Assembly (NCBI GenBank): GCA_038881595.1
Contig: JAVZPM010000001.1
Location: 1 to 64,000, forward strand
Direction: 5' to 3'
Source of the DNA: Candidatus Micrarchaeia archaeon
Lineage (GTDB): Archaea; Micrarchaeota; Micrarchaeia; CABMEP01
DNA: 64,000 nucleotides
Positions 10,280 through 20,821 of the stretch are shown here, piece by piece. The notes beneath the pieces are model-generated. The model made no database searches. It had not been told where the DNA came from and saw only the letters and a program-made list of their open reading frames with translations. Position numbers and translations under genes: made by a program. Position 1 is the stretch's first letter. The number at the start of each line of letters is the position of its first letter.

Positions 10280-12616
10280 ATGATAAAAAGTATAACATTA
10301 AAAAATTGGAGATCACATTCATTGAGCACTATTAATTTCTCTAGAGGAACAAATATAATAGTAGGTAGAATGGGTGGTGGAAAAAGCAGTATTATTGATG
10401 GTATTTGTTTTGCTTTGTTTGGCACAACTCCTGCAGTACAACATAGAAGATTGAGGATAACTGATTTCATTAAAAACAGGCCAAGAGAAGAAAATGAAGC
10501 AGAAGTTACTTTGATATTTGAACATAAAGGAGAAGAATACAAAGTAATAAGAAGGATAAAGAAAAAAGGCGGTAGCGAAGCTGAAATATTTAAAGGTACT
10601 ACCAGGATCGAGGGACCCCAATCGGAAAGAGTATCTGATTATATATCTCATCTTCTTGAAATAGACTATGAACTATTCACAAGAGCAATTTATTCTGAAC
10701 AAAATAGAATTGATTATTTCTTAACATTAGGAAGAGGAGAAAGAAAAAGACAAATAGATGAATTGATAGGAATTGACAAGTTTGAAATTGCAAGAAAAAA
10801 TATAACAACTGTTATATCAAGGCTAAAAAATATGAAAAGTGATAAAGAAACATTCATAAGAAATATAGATGCATTGAAAATCAGTCAGGAGATTGAAAAA
10901 CTAGAAATAGAAAATGCTGAAAACAAAAAAGAAAATGAGAAATATAATACAGAATTTCAGAATCAAATGAAGTTAAAAAATGAAAAGGAAAAAATAGTGA
11001 ATGAACTCAAAGCACAAATGGAAAAGTTCAGGAAACTTCAAAATGAAATCACTGGGCTAAGGCATAACAAAGAATTACTTGAAAAAGAAATTTCTTCTTC
11101 TGAAATAAAAGAGAGTTTAAAAGATATTGAAACTGTTCTAAGCAGTAAGAAAAATGAAAAAGAAAAGTTTGAAAAGGAAAAAATGGAAATAGAATCAGAA
11201 AACAGAGAAGTAACTAAACAGCATGCATTTTTGAAATCAGAAATAAACAATATAGATAAGAAGAAAAGTATAAAGGCAGAGTTAAAAAATAAATTGAATT
11301 TGTATTTGAGAAATGAAAGTATTGAAAACTTAAAGGTTAGATTAGTAAAGGATGAAGAAACTCTGAATAAGCTGAAAGAAAAACATTCTAACTTGAAGGC
11401 AGAAATTGCAGAAATTGAAAAATCAATTCAAGAATTAAAAACAGCTGGTGCTCATTGTCCTGTTTGCGACTCTGAATTGAATGACAAGCATAAAGAAGAA
11501 CTTATAAACAAAAAGGAAGGAATGAAGAAAAGCATGCAAGATGAGATCTCAAAATTGGAAAAAGAAATAAATGAGCTGACAAAGCAAAAAGAATCATTAC
11601 GAGCAAATGTAGAATCTGCAGAGAAGATAATCTCATTATTATCGGAGTATGAAGGAGTTGAAGAAAAAGAAATAGAATATAAAAATAAAATTTCTCAAAT
11701 AGAAAAAGAAATAGAATATGTAAATGAAAAAAGAAAATCAGTAGAAGAAAAATTGAAAACAATAAACAATGAATATCTGGAGATAACAAAGAAGTATGAG
11801 AGAATTAAGGAACTAGAGAATAAGAAACAGAAATTAAATTTAATAATACACAATCTTGCTGAAAAAGAAAGAGAAATTTCAAATATAAGATTTAGTGAAG
11901 ATATTTGGGAGAAAGAGAATAAAGAACTAACTGAATTAAGTATAAAATGTGCAGAAATAAAATCAAAAATAGAGCAAGGAATTGAGAAAGAAAGATATTT
12001 AATAAAAATGCTTGAAGAGAAGAAAAAACGAATGGAAGAGATAAAAGAATACACTAAAGAAATCCAATTATATACTGAACTGATATCAGAACTGCAGACT
12101 TTCTCAACTGCGATTGTTGAGACGCAGCATGATCTAAGAGAAGAATTGATTGAGTCAATAAATGAAGCGCTTGCGACTATCTGGAAAAAAGTATATCCTT
12201 ATTCTGACTATGAATTGATAAAACTCATACCTTCTGAGAATGACTATGAATTGATGTTCAAGTATAATAATGATTACATAAGCGTGGATGGGATAGGATC
12301 AGGTGGAGAAAGAGCTCTTGCTTGCTTGGCATTAAGAATCGCATTTGCTATGGTGCTTACGCCTAATCTGAGCTGGCTAATACTTGATGAGCCTACCCAC
12401 AATTTGGATGAGGAAGCAGTAAGCACTTTGGCAGAGACATTAAGAGACCATATACCGCAAATAGTTGAACAGACATTTGTAATAACACATGATGAACTTA
12501 TGAAGGAAGCTGCAAGTGGAAAACTTGTAAGAGTAATGAGGCATCCAGAGATGAATGAGACAAGCATGGTTGAAGAACTTGAAGAAATCACTGTATCCAC
12601 CCCATCCTTGGGATAA
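10280..12616 (+). CDS. rad50: Rad50/SbcC SMC-like ATPase
   Basis: LKNWRSH, Walker A GRMGGGKSS, Q-loop YSEQN, coiled coil with CPVC zinc hook, SGGE signature, ILDEPT Walker B, ITH. Confidence 0.88.
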   Translation: MIKSITLKNWRSHSLSTINFSRGTNIIVGRMGGGKSSIIDGICFALFGTTPAVQHRRLRITDFIKNRPREENEAEVTLIFEHKGEEYKVIRRIKKKGGSEAEIFKGTTRIEGPQSERVSDYISHLLEIDYELFTRAIYSEQNRIDYFLTLGRGERKRQIDELIGIDKFEIARKNITTVISRLKNMKSDKETFIRNIDALKISQEIEKLEIENAENKKENEKYNTEFQNQMKLKNEKEKIVNELKAQMEKFRKLQNEITGLRHNKELLEKEISSSEIKESLKDIETVLSSKKNEKEKFEKEKMEIESENREVTKQHAFLKSEINNIDKKKSIKAELKNKLNLYLRNESIENLKVRLVKDEETLNKLKEKHSNLKAEIAEIEKSIQELKTAGAHCPVCDSELNDKHKEELINKKEGMKKSMQDEISKLEKEINELTKQKESLRANVESAEKIISLLSEYEGVEEKEIEYKNKISQIEKEIEYVNEKRKSVEEKLKTINNEYLEITKKYERIKELENKKQKLNLIIHNLAEKEREISNIRFSEDIWEKENKELTELSIKCAEIKSKIEQGIEKERYLIKMLEEKKKRMEEIKEYTKEIQLYTELISELQTFSTAIVETQHDLREELIESINEALATIWKKVYPYSDYELIKLIPSENDYELMFKYNNDYISVDGIGSGGERALACLALRIAFAMVLTPNLSWLILDEPTHNLDEEAVSTLAETLRDHIPQIVEQTFVITHDELMKEAASGKLVRVMRHPEMNETSMVEELEEITVSTPSLG

Positions 12617-12668
12617 AGTTGATGTTTATTTAATTTACTTATTAAAAAGAATGGAAAAGGTTGATCTT

Positions 12669-13949
12669 ATGAAAACAGGATCTGAAACAGATGAAGAATA
12701 TAAAATAATAGATATGAAGGCTAGAGAGATATTGGATTCAAGAGGAAATCCCACCATAGAGGTTGATATATTCACCAAATCAGGATTTGGAAGAGGAGTT
12801 GCACCTTCTGGAGCTTCTACGGGTAAAAATGAAGCATTAGAGCTTAGAGATAATGATAAAAGATTTCTTGGAAAAGGAGTCAGAAAAGCTATCAAGAAAG
12901 TTGCAGAAATTAAGAAAAGACTTAAGGGAATGGACGTACGTGAACAAAATAAAATAGATAGGATTCTTAACGAAATAGGTGGAGAACAAAAATCTAAAGT
13001 CGGAGGCAACACAACAACTGCAATTTCCTTAGCTGTCTGTTCTGCGGCAGCAAATACAGTTGGAATTCCAATCTACAGATATTTAAACCCAGATGCGAAA
13101 ATAATGCCTGTGCCAATGATGAATGTAATAAATGGAGGAAAGCATGCTGGAAGCGGACTTGCGATTCAGGAATTTATGATCGTACCAAAAAAGTTTGATT
13201 CTTTTTCAGAAGCGCTAAGGGCTGGAGTAGAGGTTTATCATGTATTAGGAAAACTTATAGTCAGAGAATACGGGCAAAACGGAAGAAATGTTGGTGATGA
13301 AGGTGGGTATGCTCCGCCAATAAGAACAACTGAGGAGGCGTTGGATTTCCTTATGAAGGCTATCGAGGAGGTAGGATATGAAAAGAAGATATTTATTGCG
13401 TTAGATGCTGCAGCTTCATCTTTCCATGAGCTTGGATACTATCGAATAGATGGAAAAACAATCTCTGGAATAGAATTAATGAGAAAATATCAGGAACTGA
13501 TAAAAAGATATCCAATCATCTCTATAGAAGATCCATTTGACGAAGGAGAATGGGAACTTTTAAGCAGATTCACCAGGGAAAGTGGCAAGGATATTCAAAT
13601 AGTTGGTGATGATTGTTTTGTATCAAATATTAACTTGCTAAGGAAAGGTATAAATGCGAAGGCTGCAAATGCGCTTCTTCTTAAAGTAAATCAAATAGGC
13701 ACACTTACAGAAGCTATAAACGCTGCAAAGATAGCAATGAACAGTGATTATGGAGTAATAGTAAGTCATAGAAGTGGTGAAACAGAAGATACATTCATAG
13801 CAGATCTTACTGTTGCACTAGGGTGTGGGCAGATAAAGACCGGTGCACCTGCCAGGGGAGAAAGAACTGCAAAGTACAATAGACTTTTAAGAATAGAAGA
13901 GGAATTAAAAGAAGAAAAAAAACGAATAGTTTTTGGATTAAAAAAGTAA
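12669..13949 (+). CDS. eno: Enolase
   Basis: AREILDSRGNPTIEV, PSGASTG, GDEGG, IVGDD, SHRSGETED, QIKTGA; start 12669 or 12651 (track start overlaps rad50). Confidence 0.97.
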   Translation: MKTGSETDEEYKIIDMKAREILDSRGNPTIEVDIFTKSGFGRGVAPSGASTGKNEALELRDNDKRFLGKGVRKAIKKVAEIKKRLKGMDVREQNKIDRILNEIGGEQKSKVGGNTTTAISLAVCSAAANTVGIPIYRYLNPDAKIMPVPMMNVINGGKHAGSGLAIQEFMIVPKKFDSFSEALRAGVEVYHVLGKLIVREYGQNGRNVGDEGGYAPPIRTTEEALDFLMKAIEEVGYEKKIFIALDAAASSFHELGYYRIDGKTISGIELMRKYQELIKRYPIISIEDPFDEGEWELLSRFTRESGKDIQIVGDDCFVSNINLLRKGINAKAANALLLKVNQIGTLTEAINAAKIAMNSDYGVIVSHRSGETEDTFIADLTVALGCGQIKTGAPARGERTAKYNRLLRIEEELKEEKKRIVFGLKK

Positions 13950-14009
13950 ATAAGAAATAAAAAATAAACAAGATATAACATTAAATGAATATTAAATGAA
14001 AGAATAAAA

Positions 14010-14095
14010 TGGCGCCGGGGACGAGATTCGAACTCGCAACCCGCAGAGCGGGACTAGCTCTCAAGGCTAGCGCCTTACCGTTCAGCCACCCCGGC
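14010..14095 (-). tRNA. tRNA-Ser(TGA)
   Basis: Reverse complement GCCGGGG...CTAGC-CTTGAGA-GCTAG, long variable arm, GCGAG-TTCGAAT-CTCGT, CCCCGGC-G-CCA (CCA encoded). Confidence 0.95.
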
Positions 14096-14263
14096 ATTTA
14101 AAGAATTAATGAATATATTTGTCACTAAAAGAATTTAAACCTAATTTTGCATAGTTGAGTATACAATCTGATAAGATAGCCAATATAAAAATAAAAACAA
14201 ATAAAAAATAATGTGAAAAAGATAAAACAAATAAAAAAAGAAAATGAAAATTAGCTAAGTAGC

Positions 14264-14569
14264 TTAGCTAATTGTTATCTCTATTTTTACAGTGTCAGGC
14301 ACCTTTACTCTCATAATCTGGCGGAGAGTTCTTTCATCTCCTCCTATTTCGATAAGTCTCTTGTAGAGCCTCATCTGCCATCTTTCATAGGTGTCTGAAC
14401 CGTCACCACAAGGAGTTTTTCTTGTTGCTACAAAAAGCTTCTTGGTTGGGAGTGGGATTGGACCACTGGTAGGAACGCCCGCACTCTTTGCTATCTCAAC
14501 TATTTGTTTAGAAACTTCGTCTAGTTCTTTCGGGTCCCTTCCAATAAGCTTTATTCTTGCCTTTCCCAT
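14264..14569 (-). CDS. rpsJ: 30S ribosomal protein S10 (uS10)
   Basis: KARIKL, SGPIPLPTK, TRKTPCGDGSDTYERWQMR; follows tuf. Confidence 0.96.
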   Translation of the reverse strand: MGKARIKLIGRDPKELDEVSKQIVEIAKSAGVPTSGPIPLPTKKLFVATRKTPCGDGSDTYERWQMRLYKRLIEIGGDERTLRQIMRVKVPDTVKIEITIS

Positions 14570-14603
14570 TCCAATCACATCTTTTTAAATAAAGAAACTA
14601 AAT

Positions 14604-15875
14604 TTATAGTTTCTTTGGAACTATATCAAGAACTACTCCCGCTGCAACTGTTTGACCCATATCTCTGATTGCGAATCTTCCAAGTGGTGGGAATTCACTG
14701 TATTTCTCAAGAGATACATTCTTCAATGGCTTAATCTTAACCACTGCAACATCACCAGTCTTTATGAAGTCTGGGTTCTTTTGTAATGTCTGACCTGTCT
14801 TTGGATCCTTCTTCTCTACAAGCTCAATAAATGTACCTGCAAATTGTGCAGTGTGAGCATGGAAGACTGGAGTATAATTGACAGCTATTGCAGTTGGGTG
14901 GTTTAGTACTACAATCTGTGCAGTGAATGTATCAACCACTGTTGGTGGATTTGAAACAGGTCCTGCAACATCTCCTCTGTTGATTTCTGTCTTGTCAACA
15001 CCCTTTACATTGAAACCAATGTTATCTCCTGGCACTGCCTGTTGTAGTTGTTGGTGATGCATTTCAATTGATTTTACTTCTGCCACTTTGTTTGATGGCA
15101 TGAAGATGATCTTGTCTCCTGGCTTAAGAACTCCAGTCTCAACTCTTCCTACTGGAACTGTACCGAAACCAGTAATTGAGAATACTTCTTGTACTGGAAT
15201 TCTAAGTGGTTTGTCGATGAGTCTTTTTGGTGGAACAAGCTTGTCAAATGCAGCTACAAGATTGTCTCCTTGATACCATTCCATCTTTGTTGTTTTTTTA
15301 CCTACATTCTCTCCTTCATAAGCAGAGATTGGAATGAATTGCATTGCTTCTGGCTTGAATCCTATGGTCTGTAAGAATGTTTGAAGCTGTTTCTTAAGAT
15401 CTTCGAATTTGACTCTATCATAACCAACTGCATCCATCTTGTTGATTGCAACTATAAGTTGGTTGATACCGAGTACCTTTGCCAAGAATGCATGTTCTCT
15501 TGTTTGCTGCTGTATTCCATCCTTTGCAGAACAAACAAGAACAGCTGCATCGGCCTGTGATGCTCCTGTGATCATGTTCTTAACGAAGTCTTTGTGTCCT
15601 GGTGCATCAATGATTGTAAAATGATACTTTGGTGTTTCGAATTCCTTGTGTGCAATATCGATTGTAACTCCTCTTTCTCTTTCTTCCTTTAATCTATCCA
15701 TTGCGAATGCAAATTCGAATGTTGCCTTTCCTAATTTTGCTGCTTCCTCTTTGAGCTTCTTTAGTTCCTGCTCAGAGAGAGCTCCTGTATCGTATAGGAC
15801 TCTACCTACTGTTGTTGACTTGCCATGGTCAACGTGTCCTATAAAGATCAAATTCATGTGTTCTTTTGCTGCCAT
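14604..15875 (-). CDS. tuf: Translation elongation factor EF-1alpha
   Basis: [44 protein letters not shown]. Confidence 0.98.
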   Translation of the reverse strand: MAAKEHMNLIFIGHVDHGKSTTVGRVLYDTGALSEQELKKLKEEAAKLGKATFEFAFAMDRLKEERERGVTIDIAHKEFETPKYHFTIIDAPGHKDFVKNMITGASQADAAVLVCSAKDGIQQQTREHAFLAKVLGINQLIVAINKMDAVGYDRVKFEDLKKQLQTFLQTIGFKPEAMQFIPISAYEGENVGKKTTKMEWYQGDNLVAAFDKLVPPKRLIDKPLRIPVQEVFSITGFGTVPVGRVETGVLKPGDKIIFMPSNKVAEVKSIEMHHQQLQQAVPGDNIGFNVKGVDKTEINRGDVAGPVSNPPTVVDTFTAQIVVLNHPTAIAVNYTPVFHAHTAQFAGTFIELVEKKDPKTGQTLQKNPDFIKTGDVAVVKIKPLKNVSLEKYSEFPPLGRFAIRDMGQTVAAGVVLDIVPKKL

Positions 15876-16063
15876 AACATATCCCTCCTAATAAACATTT
15901 TATTTACAAAACCTTAAACCATAACCACATATAAATGATGAAGGCTATAGTAAAAGCTGCTCCAGAAAAAGAGCTGTATATATTATTATATTAAACTTTA
16001 TAAAGCTTATTATAATTGAAAGATAACATCAAAGGATAATATGAGAAACGTAAAAATCAAAGA

Positions 16064-16921
16064 TTATCTTATTTTAAGATAATTCGAATAAAATGAATTC
16101 ATCGCACTTACATTTAGAAATATATTATAATGGCCATCTACATCTTGCTTTGTAATATTTACCTCTGATTTTATTGAAGTTATTGCATTTACGTTGTATT
16201 GTCTAACTGAAAGTGAATTTGTCTTTCCATCAATAAGGCCAAAACTTACTGTAATATTTTGAGATGGAGTTGGTAAATTTATCCTCCAAGTATTTAGGAC
16301 ATATGGGTCTAAAATTCTTGTAGAGATAAATGATTTTGCAGAAATTGGATCCGTATAATTTATTGTGACAGAGATTCCAGAAGCTGCATTAGTCGGTTCG
16401 GTGTATGCACCTCTTGTAATATTTGATACTATATTAATTTTATACGAAGATACAATTAGATTCGTACCACTTAAATTATATATTTTGATTTCTTTATTAT
16501 TGGCGTCTGTTTCATTTGTAATATAAATCATTCCATTATCAAATGATATATTTAGAACACTTGAAGGAGAAGGTGGAATAAAAGATATATTCATTCCTGT
16601 AATATTTGAAAACTCATTTAATCTTGCTTGTTCATTTGAAAGAAACGATGACTTCACATAGCTGTAATTCTCAAATATTGTAACTATAGATGAGTTTGAA
16701 GCTTGATTTACAGAAAGGATTTTTTTCACATCCATAAGAATGTCATTAACTATAAATCCTGTTTTATCTAAAAATATCTGATTTCTTAATATTGAATATT
16801 GTGAATATCTGTAGTTTAGTATTTGAATTGCAAGAATAGATAAAATAAGAAGTATGGTTACTACTGCAAGTGATATTATATACCCTCTTTTGTATTTTTT
16901 CTTTGAACACATAATTATCAC
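16064..16921 (-). CDS. Pilin-like protein with class III signal peptide
   Basis: KKKYKRG|YIISLAVVTILL hydrophobic N-terminus; N/S/T-rich body with many N-x-S/T sequons. Confidence 0.65.
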   Translation of the reverse strand: MIIMCSKKKYKRGYIISLAVVTILLILSILAIQILNYRYSQYSILRNQIFLDKTGFIVNDILMDVKKILSVNQASNSSIVTIFENYSYVKSSFLSNEQARLNEFSNITGMNISFIPPSPSSVLNISFDNGMIYITNETDANNKEIKIYNLSGTNLIVSSYKINIVSNITRGAYTEPTNAASGISVTINYTDPISAKSFISTRILDPYVLNTWRINLPTPSQNITVSFGLIDGKTNSLSVRQYNVNAITSIKSEVNITKQDVDGHYNIFLNVSAMNSFYSNYLKIR

Positions 16922-16928
16922 GTTTTAA

Positions 16929-17324
16929 TTATTTTTTCCATATTGCCAATTTTGCTGTCTTGAATTGATTCCCATCTACAAATGTTCTCCATGCTATCTT
17001 TTCATTCACATTTGAAGGATCGCATCCTATTTTATAGTAAGTTGAAATAAGCGTTCCTCCTACTCCATTATAAATCTCTAATCTCATGCACAAAGAACCG
17101 CTTGTCTGCTGGAAAACGTACGATGGATTGGAGAAGTTTGTATATTCCAAAACAGTAAGTATGTCATATCCTTGCTTGTAGATGAATGCATCATATAATG
17201 AAGGTCCATTCTGAAGATATGAAAATATTATTGTTGAAAATAATAACAATGCAATTAAACCAAACATTGCATCAAGTATTGCTATGAATCCTTTTTTTGT
17301 AATTTTTTTATCTGAATTCTTCAT
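16929..17324 (-). CDS. Minor pilin-like protein (class III signal peptide)
   Basis: KKITKKG|FIAILDAMFGLIALL. Confidence 0.72.
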   Translation of the reverse strand: MKNSDKKITKKGFIAILDAMFGLIALLLFSTIIFSYLQNGPSLYDAFIYKQGYDILTVLEYTNFSNPSYVFQQTSGSLCMRLEIYNGVGGTLISTYYKIGCDPSNVNEKIAWRTFVDGNQFKTAKLAIWKK

Positions 17325-17328
17325 CTCC

Positions 17329-17811
17329 TCATCCCAACGAGTACCTTACCCTTAACATACATGGCGTTCCATTTGTAAATACACAAACTCTCTCAATTTG
17401 ATTTATGGTCTTGTTTGCAGACACGTTTCCTTTTTGGAAATAAATATTTCCATTAATCAATATTTCTATTGAAACGTTATAAATATCAAGATTCATTAAC
17501 TTAGAAATGTTTTCATTAGACAAAGAATTTAGTGATTCGAGCTTAATAGGATCTATTACATTCATTCCATTTGAAATCCCTAAAACTGTAAGATTACCAT
17601 TTTCCTCCCAATCTGGAGAAACACCTCTTGTTTTGATTAAGACATCTGAGCTGCTCCATGTCATGATATAATATTTATTCTCATCTAAGTTTAATTTGAT
17701 TAAAGTTGTATAAATTGAAAACAATGTATATAATATAATAAGTGAAATAATTACAAAAAATATTATTTCTATGCTGTAAGTCTGTCCTTTTTTGAATCTG
17801 TTTCTTTCCAT
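17329..17811 (-). CDS. Minor pilin-like protein (class III signal peptide)
   Basis: RFKKG|QTYSIEIIFF; LIKTRGVSPDWE segment. Confidence 0.72.
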   Translation of the reverse strand: MERNRFKKGQTYSIEIIFFVIISLIILYTLFSIYTTLIKLNLDENKYYIMTWSSSDVLIKTRGVSPDWEENGNLTVLGISNGMNVIDPIKLESLNSLSNENISKLMNLDIYNVSIEILINGNIYFQKGNVSANKTINQIERVCVFTNGTPCMLRVRYSLG

Positions 17812-17846
17812 TTTATCACAAAAGTTCTTTAAGTTACAATATTTGT

Positions 17847-18221
17847 TTAACTTAAATATATTGTTGAATTTATAAATTTGATATTTATAAGAGTTGAATT
17901 ATCTTGAACTGTTGAATTTATCTGAATGCGTGAAATTGGCCATGAAGCAGAAACGTTTGTTAATAGATTAGTAGCTATTATCGCTCCACTTATTGCATCG
18001 ATTCGATAACCGTATGGAATATCAACATTTGCTTCTATCTGATTTGAGATTACACTATTGACCGCATTTCCTATTCTAGATGCGACAGATAAAGCTTCAT
18101 CGTATTTTGAAATGTAATCTACTTGTCTTTGCATTTCAATTGAAATTAACATAAAGATAGAAAAGATAGATATTACGATAATGAATAAAAGAAAAAATTC
18201 AACTGAAACTTGTGCCTTCAT
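17847..18221 (-). CDS. Pilin-like protein, QxSxE class III signal peptide
   Basis: MKA|QVSVEFFLLF matches the Q+1/E+5 archaeal pilin motif. Confidence 0.8.
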   Translation of the reverse strand: MKAQVSVEFFLLFIIVISIFSIFMLISIEMQRQVDYISKYDEALSVASRIGNAVNSVISNQIEANVDIPYGYRIDAISGAIIATNLLTNVSASWPISRIQINSTVQDNSTLINIKFINSTIYLS

Positions 18222-18238
18222 ATGCCTTCCTCTAAAAT

Positions 18239-20821
18239 TTATGAAATTTGAAGCGTCTTCTGATTCTTTATTGAGCCAGATAAAGTTTTAATTAGCCAAT
18301 TTCCTGAAGTATAACCTGGTGGTATTTCAAAAATACCTAAATATATTCCAGTTCCACCATTCCCTGTTATTACGGACTCACTAAGCACTGTTGTATTTAC
18401 TGTATCTAAAAGATAATTTGTTAATGGTGCATCAATCAATTGGTCATTTAAATCATAAACTGAAACTTTGAAATAAATGTTGTTGCATGTTCCGTACAAT
18501 GGTTTGTCTGTATATATCGATGGAGTAAGAGCTGCTAATACAGAAACGTTTGCTAAGACATATCTTGTTACATTAGGATCTACAAATGTAATATTCACTA
18601 AATAGTTTCCATGAATCAAACCAGTTGCATTATATCTAAATGTTACGTTTATTACTGAACCTGGAGTTAATGTTGAAGGACATGCTGTGATGTTGTATAC
18701 CCAAGATTCATTTGTTGTACATGTAATAGATAGATTCCTGTTTCCTGTGTTGTTGAGAGTATAATTTCTATCTATATATGTATTGTTATATACTGTAAAG
18801 CTATCTGTAGATGGAGTAACTGTAAAGTTGTATATTGGTACTGCGGTAACATTTACAGTAGAAGTGACATTTCTAGTTCCTGCATTTGAATCAGTGAAGT
18901 TTATTAATACATATCTAATTCCTTCTGGAAGTCCGGTTGCATTATATCTAAATGTTACGTTTATTACTGAACCTGGAGTTAATGTTGAAGGACATGCTGT
19001 GATGTTGTATACCCAAGATTCATTTGTTGTACATGTAATAGATAGATTCCTGTTTCCTGTGTTGTTGAGAGTATAATTTCTATCTATATATGTATTGTTA
19101 TATACTGTAAAGCTATCTGTAGATGGAGTAACTGTAAAGTTGTATATTGGCGGAGCAAGTACTGTAAAACTCATAATTGGAGTAACGTTCCAATTGTTTG
19201 ATCTATCACTTGCCCATACTCTCCATCCTATAACAGTACCAGCTGGAATAGATGAATTATTCCAACTGAAATTTACAACATAATAGGTTCCATACATAGA
19301 AACTGGAGAACCATAAACTGTTTTATTTTGCCAAGTACCTGTTTCATTTGTTTCCAATATTGCGGTTTTTAATTGAACATTATCTGTCCAAACTACACTA
19401 AGATAATTGGTGCTGCCAATGATAATCGTATTATTGCTTTGATTTTGATTTGAGTAATATGGAGGTATTGTATCAAAAGCTCTTTGAAAATCAAATGAAA
19501 ATGAACCTGTAGTTCCAGTTGTAGATGTAAGAACTGTATCTCCGTAATTTACGAAATTTGTACCATCGAAATAAAATGAACCTAAATTCTGAACATTATT
19601 CGTTCTTATTCCTATAATGTCAACCGTATCTGAAGCAGTCGGATTTGTATAAAGATTTAGCCATGCACCTGATCCACTATAAGTTGAAATCGTTGTTGTA
19701 GCGCTTGTACATTGCGGAGCACATGACCTTACAGATAAAGTTGAGCCGCTGCCTCCATCTGTATCCCAAACTAACCTACCTGAATTACCATCTGGTAGCC
19801 ATGCAAAATCTGCAAGAAAAGAATTTATCGCATCAACTGCGGTATCTATATTAGATGTTACAGACCAAGATGCACCATTCCAATATGCTGTACCAAGATC
19901 AGAAGCGCTATCTACAAATACTGCCTGCATAGTATTTGAAACTGGATTTGGAATTAAATCTAACCAGTATGCATCTGCCGCATCTAGTGGATCAATATCA
20001 AAATCCGGACTATTTACCCATGTAGTTCCACTCCAGTAATAAGTAGCTATATTTCCTGTTGTTCCGTCTCCTGCAGCAACCATCCCTTGATTTCCACTAT
20101 AAGTATAAGCTACAGCTATTGCTTTGTAACCCCCTGTAGATGGAGCATTAGCTGTGATTTCTTGAATATTTCCAAATGAATTTCCATTCCACACATATGC
20201 AACCGCATCAGTACTCGTAGAATCAAATCCAACAAATATTATCTCCTCACTATTTGTTGGTTTTCTAGCAGCTTCAACCCAAGTATATTGAATATCATTT
20301 GTTTGTGTTGTATCGTCAATACATATTTCTGGGCCAAATGTTGTTTCGTTTGCAAGCATCACACGATAAGCTAAATCACAAGTAGTACTTGCACTTACAA
20401 TTGAATAGACAACTATAAGATCTCCAGTTGAAGTTTCATATTCAAAATCAAATCTTCTTGATGAAGTAGCTGGTGCTGTTGTCCATACTTGACCGAAATT
20501 ATTAGTAATGTTCCATTCCACTCCATCAAATGACACATATGCGTCTAAATAACCGTCATCGCTTTGTGTAATAATTACTCTCTTAGGAGAAACTGGTGAG
20601 TATTTTATTAAGGCATATCTTATAGGGGATCCAGCTGTTGGGAGTTCAAATTCTGCACTGTAACTACCTGTACCAGCTGATGACCAATTTTTTAATTTAG
20701 GACTACTAGTTGTAAATGTTCCTGTATTAGAACGATAGACTGCAGTTCCATTTGTTGCATAAATTAACGAAGTGATTAATATGGACAGTATAAATAAACT
20801 TAAAATTTTTAACTTTAACAT
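18239..20821 (-). CDS. Large secreted adhesin-like glycoprotein (repeat-rich N-terminal region, Ig-like repeats)
   Basis: Class I signal peptide; WNG/WSG repeats; two tandem 104-aa Ig-like units; T/S/N-rich; embedded in the pilin cluster. Confidence 0.7.
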   Translation of the reverse strand: MLKLKILSLFILSILITSLIYATNGTAVYRSNTGTFTTSSPKLKNWSSAGTGSYSAEFELPTAGSPIRYALIKYSPVSPKRVIITQSDDGYLDAYVSFDGVEWNITNNFGQVWTTAPATSSRRFDFEYETSTGDLIVVYSIVSASTTCDLAYRVMLANETTFGPEICIDDTTQTNDIQYTWVEAARKPTNSEEIIFVGFDSTSTDAVAYVWNGNSFGNIQEITANAPSTGGYKAIAVAYTYSGNQGMVAAGDGTTGNIATYYWSGTTWVNSPDFDIDPLDAADAYWLDLIPNPVSNTMQAVFVDSASDLGTAYWNGASWSVTSNIDTAVDAINSFLADFAWLPDGNSGRLVWDTDGGSGSTLSVRSCAPQCTSATTTISTYSGSGAWLNLYTNPTASDTVDIIGIRTNNVQNLGSFYFDGTNFVNYGDTVLTSTTGTTGSFSFDFQRAFDTIPPYYSNQNQSNNTIIIGSTNYLSVVWTDNVQLKTAILETNETGTWQNKTVYGSPVSMYGTYYVVNFSWNNSSIPAGTVIGWRVWASDRSNNWNVTPIMSFTVLAPPIYNFTVTPSTDSFTVYNNTYIDRNYTLNNTGNRNLSITCTTNESWVYNITACPSTLTPGSVINVTFRYNATGLPEGIRYVLINFTDSNAGTRNVTSTVNVTAVPIYNFTVTPSTDSFTVYNNTYIDRNYTLNNTGNRNLSITCTTNESWVYNITACPSTLTPGSVINVTFRYNATGLIHGNYLVNITFVDPNVTRYVLANVSVLAALTPSIYTDKPLYGTCNNIYFKVSVYDLNDQLIDAPLTNYLLDTVNTTVLSESVITGNGGTGIYLGIFEIPPGYTSGNWLIKTLSGSIKNQKTLQIS
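18624..19150. repeat. Exact 215-bp direct repeat (18624-18838 and 18936-19150), period 312 bp
   Basis: Copies compared base by base and found identical; encodes PIYNFTVTPSTDSF...FRYNAT twice. Confidence 0.95.

Noticed and set aside
14010..14095. Possible tRNA-Sec or suppressor (TGA in the loop, long arm)
   Set aside because: Anticodon TGA reads UCA (Ser); tRNA-Sec has anticodon TCA and a longer acceptor stem.
18624..19150. Diversity-generating retroelement TR/VR pair
   Set aside because: Copies are identical with no adenine-specific mismatches, both are in-frame domains, and no reverse transcriptase is in the window.
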